DNA of 64,000 bases. Origin: Heptranchias perlo (lineage: Eukaryota). The first letter of the stretch is position 1, and each line of letters begins with the position of its first letter. The notes beneath the pieces are model-generated. The model was given only the letters and a program-made list of their open reading frames with translations. It searched no databases and was not told the DNA's origin. Where the stretch lies: contig NW_027139666.1 of the NCBI RefSeq assembly GCF_035084215.1, positions 2,914,001 through 2,978,000 on the forward strand, written 5' to 3'. Positions 26,329 through 40,560 of the stretch are shown here, piece by piece. A program made the position numbers and the translations under genes.

Positions 26329-26712
26329 ATGTCTGGAAGAGGAAAAACCGGCGTTAAAGCTCGGGCCAAGGTCAAGCCTCGCACATCCCGGGCCGGTACT
26401 GTAGTTCCCTGTGGGCCGTGTTCACATGCTCCTGCGAAAGGGGAAATACGCTGAATGTGGGTGCCGGAGCCCCGTTCTATCTGGCTGCTGTGCTCGAGTA
26501 TCTGACGGCTGAAATCCTCGAGCTGGCCGCCAACGTAGCCCGGGACAACAAGAAGACCCGCATCATTCCCAGACAGCTGCAGCTGGCCATCCGCAACGAC
26601 GAGGAGCTCAACAAGCTGCTGGGACGGGTGACCATCGCTCAGGGTGTCGCCAGATATCCAGGCCGTGCTGCTGCCGAAGAAAACCAGCATTGTCAGCTCC
26701 AAGAGCAAGTAA
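26329..26712 (+). pseudogene. H2A: Histone H2A pseudogene
   Basis: ATGTCTGGAAGAGGAAAAACC start. +1 insertion at ~26397, -2 deletion at ~26455, further deletion at ~26645. Promoter TATAAGAAGGGCGAG matches the H2A at 44220. Confidence 0.93.
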
Positions 26713-26744
26713 AGCGGCAAGGATTTAATCTGATAACCCAAAGG

Positions 26745-27939
26745 ACAGGACCAACCTTATTGAAGACTTTGAAGAAGGAACAGAAAGTGAATAAAAGTTT
26801 AAAGCAGTAGATTGAATATATTTGGATTTTCCGAAGGCCTTCGATAAGTTACCGCATTGTACACTCATGGCTAAGTTCAGAGCACGTGGAGTCAGGGGAC
26901 AGGTGGTGGAATGGATAGTCAGCTGGCGACAAAGCAGAAAACCGAGAATAGAGGTTAAGGGTCGCTACTCAGACTGGCAAAAGGTGGGAAGTGATGTTCC
27001 AGTTGCTGGGAGCACTGTTCTTCACAATTTACATTAACAATTTGGATACGGGAATCGGAAGTACAATTCAAAATGTGTGGACGACTCCAAATTGAGGGGA
27101 TGTATTTAATACAAAGGAAGAATGTAGCAAATTGCAAGAGGACATTAATAAACTTGCAGAATGAAGAATAAGGAGGTCACACACTGCTTGGATAATAGGA
27201 GTCTAAGCGGGATAGAGGAGCAAAGGGATCTTGGGGTACAGATATAAAAATTACAAGAAGTAGCGACGCAGCTCAATAAGGTCATAAAAGACAAATCAAA
27301 CACTAAGATTCATTTCGAGAGGGATAGATTTGAAAACAAAGAAGTTATGTTAAAATTGTATGGGACCTTGGTTAGACCACACTTGAAGTATTGTGCACAG
27401 TTCTGGTCTCCATGTTATAGAAAGGACGGAGAGGGATTGGAGAAGGTGCAAAAAAGATTCACAAAGGTGATACCAGAAATGAGAGGATATTCTTATCAGG
27501 AAATGTTGAACAGGCTGGGGCTCATTTCACTAGAAAAGAGAAGGCTGAGGGTTGACCTGATAGAAGTCCACAGGATAATGATCAGGTTTGAAAGGGGAGA
27601 CGCAGGGAAAATGATTCCACTTGTTGGGAGTCCAAAACTTCAGGTAATAAATATAAAATAATCGCTAATAAATCCAATAGGGAATTCACGAGAAACTGCT
27701 TTACCCAAAGATTGGGAAGAATGTGGAACTCGCTACCCAAGGAGTCGTTGAGGAAAATAACATAGGGGCATTTAAGGGGAAGATAGAGAAGGACATGAGG
27801 GAGAAAGGAATAGAAGGGTATTGTGATAGAGTTAGATGAAGTAAGGAAGGAGGAGGCTCACGTGGAGCATGAACACCGTCACAGACCAATTAGGACGACT
27901 GTCCAGTTTCTGTGCCTTGGTTTCGATGTAACTCGATGT
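26745..27939 (+). mobile_element. 5'-truncated CR1 LINE inserted at the H2A pseudogene stem-loop, with AAAGG target duplication
   Basis: 'DFPKAFDKLPH', 'LVRPHLKYCAQFWSP', tail TCGATGTAACTCGATGTA. AAAGG at 26740-26744 and 27940-27944. Confidence 0.85.
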
Positions 27940-27985
27940 AAAGGCTCATGTTCAGATCCACCCACTGAATGTGTAAAAAGACTGG
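27940..27985 (+). terminator. Displaced, decayed H2A stem-loop and HDE
   Basis: AAAGGCTCATGTTCAGATCCACCCACTG...AAAAAGACTG compared with the intact AAAGGCTCTTTTCAGAGCCACCCACTG...GAAAGGGCTG. Confidence 0.75.
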
Positions 27986-29759
27986 TTACTGACTGAGGGA
28001 GACGCTGATATCATGCGACCAGTGTTCCTTTGAGCTGCTTTTGTCTCGGTGCAGACGAGATGGGGTATTAATGGGACTGGAGTCGGGGCACCGACCACAG
28101 TCCGGTACTTTAAACGGTGACCTATGGACCCCCGCCCACACATCACCAGATTGCTTGTATTTATTTAAAATAGTTGCCATGCTGGGCTCGTAAAGCATCT
28201 CCAGTACTGTTCGACTAACCTTTCTACATCTGTGGGATTCAGCGCTTCGCTCCGTTTCTGTTATATTTTGTTGGATTATTTAAATAACGCATCAAACTCA
28301 CTGGGGAATCACTGAAATGTAAATCTGTACAGAAACAAATGACAGTGAATTACCTGGTGCCCAGGAGATCAGAAACATTACTCGCCTTTCGTCTTGTTAA
28401 CTTGTCAACCGTGTTTAGAGTCCAACTACCCGCGTTGCTTCCATGTAAGGGATTAAACAGAGAGGGCGGGAGTGGAGGAGAAGGAGTGATAGACAGAGCA
28501 GAGAGCGGCCTCTGATCTTCCAGCTCCACCTCCAGCTTTCTCCACCCGCCAATTTCAAACCGTTTATCGATAATAGAACCGAAACACAGCGCTCTGTACA
28601 AACCCTTACAGACTCGGACTTCATCTTCAAGGATTTCCAGAAACCCGGAGCTTTTAAATAAGCCCCGTTACAATTAACAGTCAGTAATATTCCTGCCTAA
28701 ATACAGTCCCTTCTATAACAAGTCAACCCACCGCCTTCCATTTCAGTCCCAGTCTCCCCCGATTCTATCTCCCCACACATCCCATCCCGGAAGGGTTAAG
28801 CAGTTTACAAACACTTTATTCCAGCTGATTTCGAGAATCTCATGTGTTGGGGTTTGAGTTGTGACGCGAAGTTTCTCCGCTAGTGGTACCGTCTCACCGA
28901 GACTCTCACCCTGAATCTTTGAAAAAGAAATGACCATGAACTGGGACTGAAGCCGAATGCATCCCCGGTTACACTGCGGCCCGGCCCGGACAACCCATTC
29001 TCTCTGTTTGATGTCAGACAGTATCCCACCTTCATGTCCAGCACAACAGAGAGACAAACACACACTGACAGTCGTACACTTCCTATCAGTGTGTTCATAT
29101 CAAGCTCAATAACAGCATCCCACATTCATATACAGCACCAGAGAGAGACAGAGAGAGGGAGACAGGGAGACAGACACGGTGAGAGAGAACACGGAGAGAC
29201 AAAGTGCCACAGTATCAGTTGCAGACTAACCTGTAAAGTTTCGTTTTATCCAGAAAGATCCCATTGGAGAGACAAAAGATGCATTCTCATCTCTCACTGA
29301 TATTGCACCAGAGGCAGACACACTATTAATCCCACACTCAGTTCAGAGAGTGACAAAAACAATGGGCCACATTTAACCCTCTCTTGCCTGTTGTACTTTA
29401 TTCTGTTTTGCAGCTCAGGGACGTTCAGTATTACTCTCAGTAATCGAGAGTTGCATTCTGATTAAATTAATCTGGGACCAGTGCTGTCAGATATTAATCC
29501 TACACGATCCCAACAAACACATCGACTCACTCTTTCCTCCTTTTTTCTCCAGGATTGGTTTGAGAAATCCTCCCCCCGCCCCAGTTTCTTCCTCACGCTT
29601 CAGTTTTATCAGTAAAGAGTGCAAGAATTAATCAAAGCCATTTATCACCCGCCCACTTTATCTATGAAAGGCTCTTTACCATCAAAAGATACCGAGAGAA
29701 ACAGCAGGGATGGAAACATCCAGTTTAATAGTTCGAGATTGTAAAGTCAGTCTGGATTC

Positions 29760-30450
29760 CAGCGTGAGGCACTGGTGGAATCCCATCTCTTTCCCATTCT
29801 GGTGCCTGTTCCTGCACTGCCTGTGGACCCCATTCCCTCTGACCTTTCCCCCAGCCCCACTTCCTTTGCTCAGACTCTGAAAAATTCAAATTGGGGAAAG
29901 TTTCCATCGATTTGTGCATTGGGAATTAAACCAGATATCTGCGCATGCGCGGCTCAGCCTCGCCCCCAGGGCTGGTTGTTGGTGAGCAGAAGAGCGCATG
30001 CGCGTTCCCTCCCCCAGCTCGGCCTGTGGGCGCCATTCACTCAGTGAGCGGAAGAAGATCGTTCAAAACAGCCGGGACTGTAGAGATCACGGCCTCCGGA
30101 GGAAGGGAGCAAAGAGCAGCCTCGTTACAGCAGCTCATCGCTTCGGGACCGTGTCCGCAGATGGGCTCAGAGATCGGCATTGAGTCCGGAGCAAGGGCAG
30201 GGGAAGTCCGGGGGCTGTTTGTAAGAGGCGGAGTGGATCAGGAACTGGTCCCGGAACATGGAGTGAGCGGGGGAAGGGAGAGGCCATTCTCGGGCTGTGT
30301 ATGTACAGGGTGTATCCAGGGTAAGGGAGACAGAATGGGAAGAACCTGCTATTTCAAATCATTGCTGCTTTCTCTCCCCAAACCAGTCGTGAATGTTCCT
30401 GGTTTCGTTCCAGTCTCACCCTGTTTGTTGTTATTGGACAGTGAAGAGTG
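29760..30450 (+). promoter_or_regulatory. Promoter module P, copy 2 (inverted)
   Basis: GCGCATGCGC at 29941 and 29994, GCGGAAGAAGAT at ~30048, candidate donor GTAAGA at 30221. Confidence 0.6.
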
Positions 30451-33400
30451 GAAACAGTGCCGGGCAGTAAGGATGCGGGGAGTTATACAAAGAGCATCTA
30501 TTGCAGGCACCAGGTGAGAAGTGTGAAGGACACATTTTAAACAACGGCTGTTTGCTTTCATTTGAACGGTAAGTCCCATGGGAGAGGGGATTAGAAACCT
30601 GACCTGTACAAAGGTCCCTGCCCCATCGGGTTGTCCCATTCATGGATCAGTGCAGGGGTTGGGTTGTGTCTGGATGTCACTAAATCGTTGTAAAATTGCC
30701 CAACACACGTGGTGTGCAGAAGCTGAGTGCTGCAGTACTGCAGTGGAGTCAGACACTGACACTGTTTGTATCACTGGATTTCATTTGTGGATATTCAAAA
30801 TAATCATTGACATGGATATTAATTCGAACACTTTTGTATTTTCTACCTCACTGGTTCTTGAGTTACAAGAGATAAATTTCTTCCGACAGGCAAATCCTTG
30901 AAGGACCCAGAATCAGTGTTATGTTTCCTCCACTCGAGGCACAAGGAACAGTGCAGCCAACTCCTTCTCCCACACAGTAAGTACATTATCACACACAGCG
31001 CACAGAGACACAGAGGCACAGACAGGTCATCAGTTCCACAGTCTCAGACAGTAGAAGCACTCAGTCCCACACTGATCCCAAGTTCCACCGGCACTTTTTC
31101 AATCCAACATTCAAACAGAGCAGGTGAGGCAGACGCTGTTCTATTTCCCCCGAGCTGAGTCACGTTGACAGGCAGATACAAAAATCCCAGTCGAAGTTCA
31201 CACTATCAGATTGAAAGGCACTGTGTCAATCTCACAATAGGGCAACATTAGGTACGAATTAAATCACAGATCGAAATCACACATGGCACCCGATTGGAAG
31301 GTATAGAATGTATCCCAATAATGTACCCTGAGATTCCAATTGAATACTTGCCCAGAACTCACACACACATGTGAGTTTAATACACTATTCGAATGGATAT
31401 TGCATGTATCATGTGATACAAATTCCATACCAGTCCAAAACTCATGTACAGTATCAGATTGAGAAATGCTGTGAGAGTGTAACCTGAGAAACAAATTAGA
31501 TATCAGTTTATAATACACTCATAGTATGAGATTTATAGATACAGTATCAATTCTATTAGTGCAGACTGAGATGCACATAAAATACCATTTGAAAAGTGTC
31601 ACCATATCAATTTGAAATGTACATTATCATTCACAATTGTACTTACAGAGATACAGATTTAATAGTAGTTCAAAAAGAACACAAATTATCTGATTAAAAC
31701 CTACAGCGTCAAATCCTAAAGTGTACCCATATTTACCAGTTAAATAATGAGAAATATGACCTAAACATGAAGATATTAAAGCTACAATTTTGAACCCAAT
31801 AATGCAATCTGAGAGAATAATTACATACAAATACAGAATGAATCTCACACTGAGATACAGTACCAGAGACTGACAGATGCAGAAGGAATCCCAAACTCAC
31901 ATACAATACTAGAGACTGACAGACACAGAGCGAATCCTACACTCACATATGGTACCAGAGATGACAGATACAGATTGAATCCCACACTGGCATACAGTAC
32001 CAAGGACTGATAGATATCTGGTTAATTACTCACTCTCATAAAGTACTAGAGACTGACAGATAAATAATGACACCCACATTCACACAGTACCAGAGTCTGA
32101 CAGATAGAGAATGAATCACACACTCACACAAAGTACCAGAGACTGACAGATAGAGAATGCATCCCACACCAACATGCAGTCTGAGAGGCTGCATATATAG
32201 AATGAATTCAACACCCACATACAAGACTGGAGACTGAAAGACATAGAATAAATCCCACACTCACAGTATCAGAGACTGCATATATGGAATAAATCACAAA
32301 CTCACACACACTACTGACAAGATACAGAATGAATCTCACACTCACACACTGTTCCAGAGACTGGGAGATACAAAATGAATCACACATTAGTGCAGGCTGA
32401 GTAACACATTACTTACCAGTCCAAGAAGTATCAGATTGAAAGAAACAGTATCAATTCCATTCGTGCAGACTGATCTACACATTATAAACCACGACAAAAA
32501 ACTGATGCAAATTCACTCTGAAATATACAGTATTCCATTCATGCAGACTAAGCTACACGTCATATACAAGTTCAAAAATGTCACTTTATCAGTTTGGAAG
32601 ATAAACTAATGCACAATTGTGTTCACATCGATACAGATTTAATAGTATTCTCAAAAGTGCACACATTCTCTGACTATATTCTACAGAATTTCATTATCAG
32701 CCAATTAAACACTGGGAAAAATATGCATACATTGAGGTATTAAAGATACAGATTTGAACACCATACTGTAAATGGAGATACAAATTACATAGAGATAAAG
32801 AATGAATCTCACACTCAGATAGAGGGCCAGAGACTGACAACCTGAAGGAAAGCAGCGCTCACACAATGTAACAGTGACTGACAGATACAGAATGAATCCT
32901 ACATTCACACACAGTACAAGGGACTGACAGATATAGAATGAATCACATACTTCCAAAGTACCAGAGCCTGACAGATACAGAATGAATCACACATTCACAG
33001 ACAGTACTTGGGACTGACAGATACAGAATGAATCTCACAGTCACACACATTAATGCAGTCTGAGTTACACAATACTTATCAGTCCAAAAATCTCACAGTG
33101 TCAGATTGAAAGATACATTATCAATTGCATTAGTGCAGACTGATCTACACATTATAAACCACTACAAAAAACTGATACGGATTCAGACTGAAATACACTG
33201 TGTTCCATTCATGCAGACTGAGCTCCACATGATATAAAAGTTCAAAAATGTCACCATATCATTTTGGTAGATAAACTAATTCACAATTGTTTTCCCATCG
33301 ATACAGATTTAATTGAAGTCCAAAAAGTGCCCACATTCTCTGATTATAACCTACATTACATTTTAAAATGTATCATTATCTACCAATTAAACACTGGGAA

Positions 33401-33479
33401 AAAATATTGATACATTGAGGGATTAAAGATAGTTTTGACCACCATAGTGTAAACGGAGATGCAAATTACATACAGATAA

Positions 33480-34460
33480 AGAATGAATCTCACACTCAGA
33501 TAGAGGGCCAGATACTGAGATGCAGATTGAAACCAACACTCAAACAATGTAACATTGACTGACAGATACCGAATGAATCCGACACTCACACACAGCACAA
33601 GGGACTGACAGACATGGAATGAATCACACACTCCCACAGTACCAGAGGCTGACAAATAGAATGAAACCCACACTCGCACAATATACCAGTGATTGACAGA
33701 TACAGAATGAATCCTACACTCACACAACGTAACAGTGACTGACAGATACCGAATGAATCCGACACTCGCACACAGTACAAGGGACTGACAGACATAGAAT
33801 GAATCACACACTTCCACAGTACCAGAGACTGAAAAACAGAATGAAACCCACACTCGCACACTGTAGCACGGACTGACGGAGACAACATTCATATCACTCA
33901 CAAACAGTACTAGAAATTGATAGATGCAGAATGAATTACTCCCTCACATATATCGCCTGACACTGAGGGGAACAGAATGAAACCCTCATTCACACACAAT
34001 ACCAGGGTCTAACAGATATTGAATGAATCCCACACTCACAGACTGTACCAGAGACTGACAGATACAGAATGAATCCCACACTCACACACAGTACCAGGGA
34101 CTGACAGATACAGAATGATTCCCACACTCACATTCAGTACCAGGGACTGACAGATACAGAATGAATCCCACACTCACATTCAGTACCAGGGACTGACATA
34201 CACAGAATGAATCTCATACTCACATGCAATACCAGAGACTGATCGATACAGAATGAAACCCACACTCACACACAGCACCAGAGACTGACAGATACAGAAT
34301 GAATCCCACATTCACACACAGTACCAGAGACTGACAGATACAGAATGAATCCCACATTCACATACAGCACCAGAGACTGACAGATACAAAATTAAGCTCA
34401 CTCACACCCAGTACCAGAAACTGACAGGAACACAATGAATCCCACACTCACAGACAGTAC
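33480..34460 (-). repeat. Satellite A block (inverted)
   Basis: ATACAGAATGAATCCCACACTCACACACAGTACCAGAGACTGACAG units. Also at ~31840-32380 and 34780-35128. Confidence 0.9.
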
Positions 34461-36036
34461 TCACAGACATTATTGCAGATCTGAGCTACACATTACATAC
34501 CAGTCCAATAATTTCACCATGAACAGATTGAAAGGTACATTATCATTCACATATGAGTTTAGAGATTAAGATGAAACACTACTCCAAAACCCACACACTA
34601 TGTTTGATTAAAGAAAATCGAAAAATATATCCATATTTACAAATTAAATACTTGACGAAAAACTGCATATACTTTAAAGTATTAAAGATACAGTTTCAAG
34701 TAAAATACTAGGAACTGAAATAAGAATACAGAGTGAATCCAGATTTGCACTTTGTCTCAGGGACTGAATTACAGAATGAATGCCACACTGAGATAAAGTA
34801 GCTGAGAATGGCAGATGCAGAATGAATCCCACACTCACAGATAGCACAAGAGACTGACAGTAACAGAGTTAATTCCACACTTATGCACAGTACCTGAGAC
34901 TGGCAGATACAGAATTAATCCCTCTCTCATATACAGTGAAAGAGACTGGCAGATACAGAACGATCCTAAACTCATATGTAGTGCCAGAGACTGAGAGATA
35001 CAGAATAAATACCATGCTCATACTCAGTACCAGAGAATGACAGATGCAGAATGAATCCCACACACACAGTATCAGAGATTGACAGATACAGATGAAATCC
35101 CGCTCTCATGCACAGTACAAGAGACTGACCTCTACTGGACGTAGGCGAGAACTGTGAAAGAGCGGAAAACAAATTCACATTATCTGTCGTGGTTGCAGAA
35201 ACAGGACAATGTGCAATGTGAGGAAAGTTTCTGTCTGTCACTTCTACTCTCGTAATTTTGCACGTTTTGTGATTGCAAAATGAAGACAATTGATTCAAAA
35301 TAAAGTTTTTGTTTCACTCATTCGATAGTTGTGAATTTACCCCGTTATTTTTCACTTACATTGCGCAGTATTTCTCTCTGATTTCTCAGGACACGATTTA
35401 CATTGCTCCTCTACCCCATTTAAAATCATATTTTCCAAGCAGTATGTGGCCTCCTTTATTCCCCCTAACAAAATGCACCAGCTCACAACTTTCTATATTG
35501 AAATTCAATACACATTTACACGGCCGTTCTGCAAGTATATTTTGTCGAAGTATTGGCTATAATCCCAAAATCAATTACAAGAATTTAACACAGCATTAAA
35601 GCCAATGCTTGGTCTAACAAAATGTATTTGCATCTCGTCTCCATTCCCAGTTTTTCTAAATCACACCCGTGCAAAATATTGTGAAGAATGAGTTTATCTT
35701 CTGTCCCTCTCTCATCGGCAAACTTCATTGACCCGGGGTTTGGGGACATCTACTGGCCGGAAGCAGAACTGCAACAGTTCGGAACAAATTGCTGAAACCG
35801 GACAATGTGCAGTGTGAGCGTGTTTGTGATTGGTGGCAGGTTCTAAATCTGATTGGTTTCTTCAGGTATCCAATCAGAGAGTTACAGTGAATAATTATTG
35901 CGACATCACTCTCAGTGACCCAATCACAATCATTGCCTTCCCCCATCCCTCATTACCATAGGGTTGTGGGGCTGCCTATTTAATCCGAGCTCGGTGCGGA
36001 TTTGGGTCATTTCTGGGTCTGAAATTGAGTTTGAAA

Positions 36037-36411
36037 ATGCCTGAGGACAAGAAAGCAGCTCCCAAGAAGGGCGCCAAGAAAACCTTGAGTAAAGCACCAG
36101 CCAAGGGCGGCAAGAAGCGGAGAAAGTCGAGGAAGGAGAGTTACTCCATCTATATCTACAAAGTGATGAAGCAGGTTCACCCCGACACCGGCATCTCCTC
36201 CAAGGCCATGGGCATCATGAACTCCTTTGTGAACGATATTTTCGAGCGCATCGCGGGTGAGGCTTCCCGCCTGGCCCATTACAACAAGCGGGCGACCATC
36301 AGCTCCCGGGAGATCCAGACCGCCGTGCGCCTGCTGCTGCCCGGGGAACTGGCCAAGCACGCTGTGTCGGAAGGGACAAAGGCGGTGACCAAGTACACCA
36401 GCTCCAAGTAA
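36037..36411 (+). CDS. H2B: Histone H2B, 124 aa
   Basis: Identical to the first H2B except AMG instead of AMS. TATTTAA at ~35977. Stem-loop GGCTCTTTTAAGAGCC at 36444-36459 and HDE GAAAGAGCTG. Confidence 0.97.
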   Translation: MPEDKKAAPKKGAKKTLSKAPAKGGKKRRKSRKESYSIYIYKVMKQVHPDTGISSKAMGIMNSFVNDIFERIAGEASRLAHYNKRATISSREIQTAVRLLLPGELAKHAVSEGTKAVTKYTSSK

Positions 36412-37255
36412 AACTCCACAATGTACTGAAAAAAAACCACAACGGCTCTTTTAAGAGCCACCCACAACCTCTCTGAAAGAGCTGCATTTCCTATATAATT
36501 GCTTAGTATCTTTTAATACCGCGATATTATTCCAATCCAAAACTGATACTGTAACTGCACCGTTGAAATTTCTGACCCATAAACTGAACGCGAGTTTCTG
36601 ATCCGCTCCTTCCCATTCGTTTTGTTCTTAAAGCGTTACTATTCCAGCCACGAACACACCCTGAATGACCCCGGGAGCAATTCCATTATCTCTATGAATT
36701 CAATCTCAGAAATTTTTAATGTCTGAGGTGAAACTCCCCATATTAAAAGCAAACGCACCCCTTGCAGAAACACAGCGGAATAGGGGCAGAATGAGAATTC
36801 CGTCCGGGTCCCTCGTTTCATAGAAGCACTCCCGGCTCTGTGAGAAGGGAACAAACTATAACGTGTCACTTTCAGAAAGACTGAATTGAAACGTGTCACT
36901 TCACGGAATGCTGTGAATGGGGCTTTAGTCCCGTCCGGTACAGTTTGTAAGCGATAATAGAATGAGCCATAAATTAAAGCAGATTTTAAAACAGCGCCAG
37001 CGATTGGTGACGGGTAGCGCTGAATAAGACAAGATAAATTGAACGGGTTTAAAATCTTGTGCTCAGGGCGACATTGATCTAAATCCGGTCCTTTACGACA
37101 CTGGCGGGTTTTTTGAAATTCATAAAATTCCTGATCTGTCCGTTGAGGCCGTTAAATCCCGCCCTCATCTAATTTCCAGCTATCTGATTGGTTATTGAAA
37201 TAGGCAAATGAGGTGTAATAATGCCCAACCAATCAGATGATCTTTCAGTCAATAA

Positions 37256-37705
<450 letters not shown>

Positions 37706-38560
37706 ACCGGTCAAGATTTAATCTGGTAACCCAAAGGCTCTTTTCAGAGCCACCCACTGTATCTATGAAAGGGCTGAAGCGAGTCAGAGCTTAATTTAAT
37801 AATAAATCGCTTAGTTAGAAACTAACGATATGTTGTTGAATACAAATGATCTGTTCAATACTCGCTTCTGGACAGTAGATGTCGCCAACCTGCAATAGGT
37901 TGAAATTTACAGATTGAATAGGAAATGAGGCACAAAATAATCAGTTCATTGAACTGGGAGGGTGGAATACAGAAATTACAGGTGAGTTTGATCATCGGCA
38001 ACAAGAGGCACTCTATTGTGTTGCGGCCATTATAGTAAGTGTTATTTACAGTCTCATCCTCCCAGAACACTTACTCGGTCTGACTTCCAATACCCAGATT
38101 TGTCCTCCAGAAGGTGACGGATGTGTTGATTATTGTGTCAGCGATTGCTGAATCAATGAATGAAATTTGTCTATTATTGGCTGAGTGAGGGATTTATTCT
38201 CTCCCTGTCAGTCTGTTCCTGTGTCAGTGACGAGTACCGCAGTGAATGTGACACTAAGTTTTACACTGCTTCTGATTCTAGCGCTGAGCGAAAACACTTA
38301 AGTTCTATTCGTGCGAGTTACAGTGAAACAGCCTCTGTCACAATAACTGGAGAGGAAAAATAGACAAACTTTATTTGATCCAAGTCTGGTTCATTAGAGA
38401 TGAAAATATTTCCAACAGTGCCAAGCTGATACTATATCGGAAATGAAAACTTGCATCTCTTGTACTTTGCACGCGTGCCCGAGCCTCTCCCTGTATCGAT
38501 GTCCGAGTTAGATTGACACTGTGGGTGTAGATGCCTCACGTGAAAGTGTAGGACCGGAAT
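37706..38560 (+). repeat. H2A 3' flank, duplicated in inverted form at ~63040-63887
   Basis: For example GGACAGTAGATGTCGCCAACC at ~37870 matches GGTTGGCGACATCTACTGTCC at ~63660. Confidence 0.8.
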
Positions 38561-39599
38561 CAGACCATTCTGTACCTGTTTGCCAGTAGTTTCCCTGTCC
38601 AAATGTGCCACTGGATGTGTTGATGGGTTAACAGTTATTAAACTGATCACTTACGTATTTTCTACCTCACCTGTTCTTGAGTTACATGCGATACGTTTCT
38701 TTCTACAGGCAAACCCTTGAACGAGCCAGAGTGAATGTGACGTTTCCTCCACCCGAGGCAAAGGAACAGTGCAGCCAGCGCCTTCTCACACACAGTAGGT
38801 ATATTATCACTCTGAGAGCACAGAGACACAGACAGGTCATCAGTTCCACAGTCTCAGACAGCAGAAGTAGTCAGTCCCACACTGATCCCAAGTTCCAGAG
38901 ACACATTTTCAATCCAACAGCCAAACAGAGGAGGTGAGGCAGACACTGTTCCATTTCTCCCGAACTCAGTCCCGCTGACAGGTAGATACAAAAATTCCAG
39001 TCCAAAGTCTCGTTTTCAGATTGTCAATTTCACAAAATGGCAATGTTAGCCGTGAATTAAATACCAGATACCCCGAGATTCAAATTGAATACGAGCCCAG
39101 AACTCTCACACACACGTGAGTTCAATACATGCCTTATTCATTCGAATAGTGCATCATTCGGATACAAATTGCAAGTCCAAAACTCATGTACAATATCAGA
39201 TTGAGAAATGCTGTGACAGTATAACCTGAGAAACACATTAGATACCAGTTTATAATATACTCATGTTAAGAGATTTAATGACACAGTATCACAGACACAC
39301 AAGTCCAAAAATCTGACAAAACAAAAATGAAAGATGCAGTATCAATTCATTTCGTGCAGACTGATCTGCACATTACATACCAATTCAAAAATGTCAGTTT
39401 GAAAGATACATTATCATTCACAATATTACTCAGAGATACAGATTTAATAGTTGTCCAAAAAGCACACAAATTATCTGATTAAAACCTCCAGCATCAAATC
39501 CTAAAGTGTATCCATATTGATAAAAACTATTTAAACATTAAGATATTAAAGCTACAATATTGAACACCATAATGTAATCTGAGAGAATAAATATCGACA

Positions 39600-40560
39600 C
39601 AGAATGAATCTCACACTCAGATACAGTACAGAGACTGACATGCAGAAGGAATCCGAAACTCACATACAGTACTAGAGACTGACAGATACAGAGTGAATCC
39701 CACACTCACACACAGTACCAGAGACTGACAGATACAGAATAAATCCCTCACTCACACACAGTACCAGAGACTGACAGATACAGAATGTATCCCACATTCA
39801 CACACCGTACCAGAGACTAACAAATACAGAATGCACCCCACACTCACACACAGGACAAGAGACTGACAGATTTAGATTGAATCCTACATTCAAATACAGT
39901 ACCAGAGACTGACAGATACAGAATGAATCCCACACTCACACACAGTACGGGAGACGGACAGATCCAGAATGAATCCCACACTCACACACAGGCCAAGAGA
40001 CTGACAGATACAGAATAAATCCCTCTCTCACACACAGTACCAGAAACTGACGAATACAGAATGTACCCCACACTCACACAGAGGACAAGAGACAGAGAGA
40101 TTTAGAATTAATCCCACATTCAAATACAGTACCAGAGACTGACAGATACAGAATGAATCCCACACTCACACACAGTACCAGAGACTGACAGATACAGGAT
40201 GATTCCCACACTCACACACAGTACCAGAGACTGACAGATACAGAATGAATCCCACACTCTCGCACACTACCAGAGACTGAGAGATACAGAATGAATCCCA
40301 CACTCGCACACAGTACCAGAGACTGACAGATTCAGAATGAATCCGACTCACATACGGGACCAGAGACTGACAGATCTCGAATGAATCCCACACTCACACA
40401 CAGTACCCGAGACTGACAGATACAGAATGAATCCCACACTCACAAACAGTACTAGAGACTGATAGATACAGAATGAATCCCACACTCACACACAGTACCA
40501 GAGACTGACAGATTCAGAATTAATCCGACTCACATACGGGACCAGAGACTGACAGATACA
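39600..40560 (-). repeat. Satellite A block (~20 units)
   Basis: Tandem 46-bp units, preceded by partial M and B sequence (38650-39600). Confidence 0.92.

Larger units (their letters stand above)
28850..36485 (-). repeat. Inverted copy of the H2B / satellite / M / P segmental unit
   Basis: Reverse complement matches 390-1220, then ~6250-13290. Contains P (29760-30450), M and satellites A and B. Confidence 0.85.
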
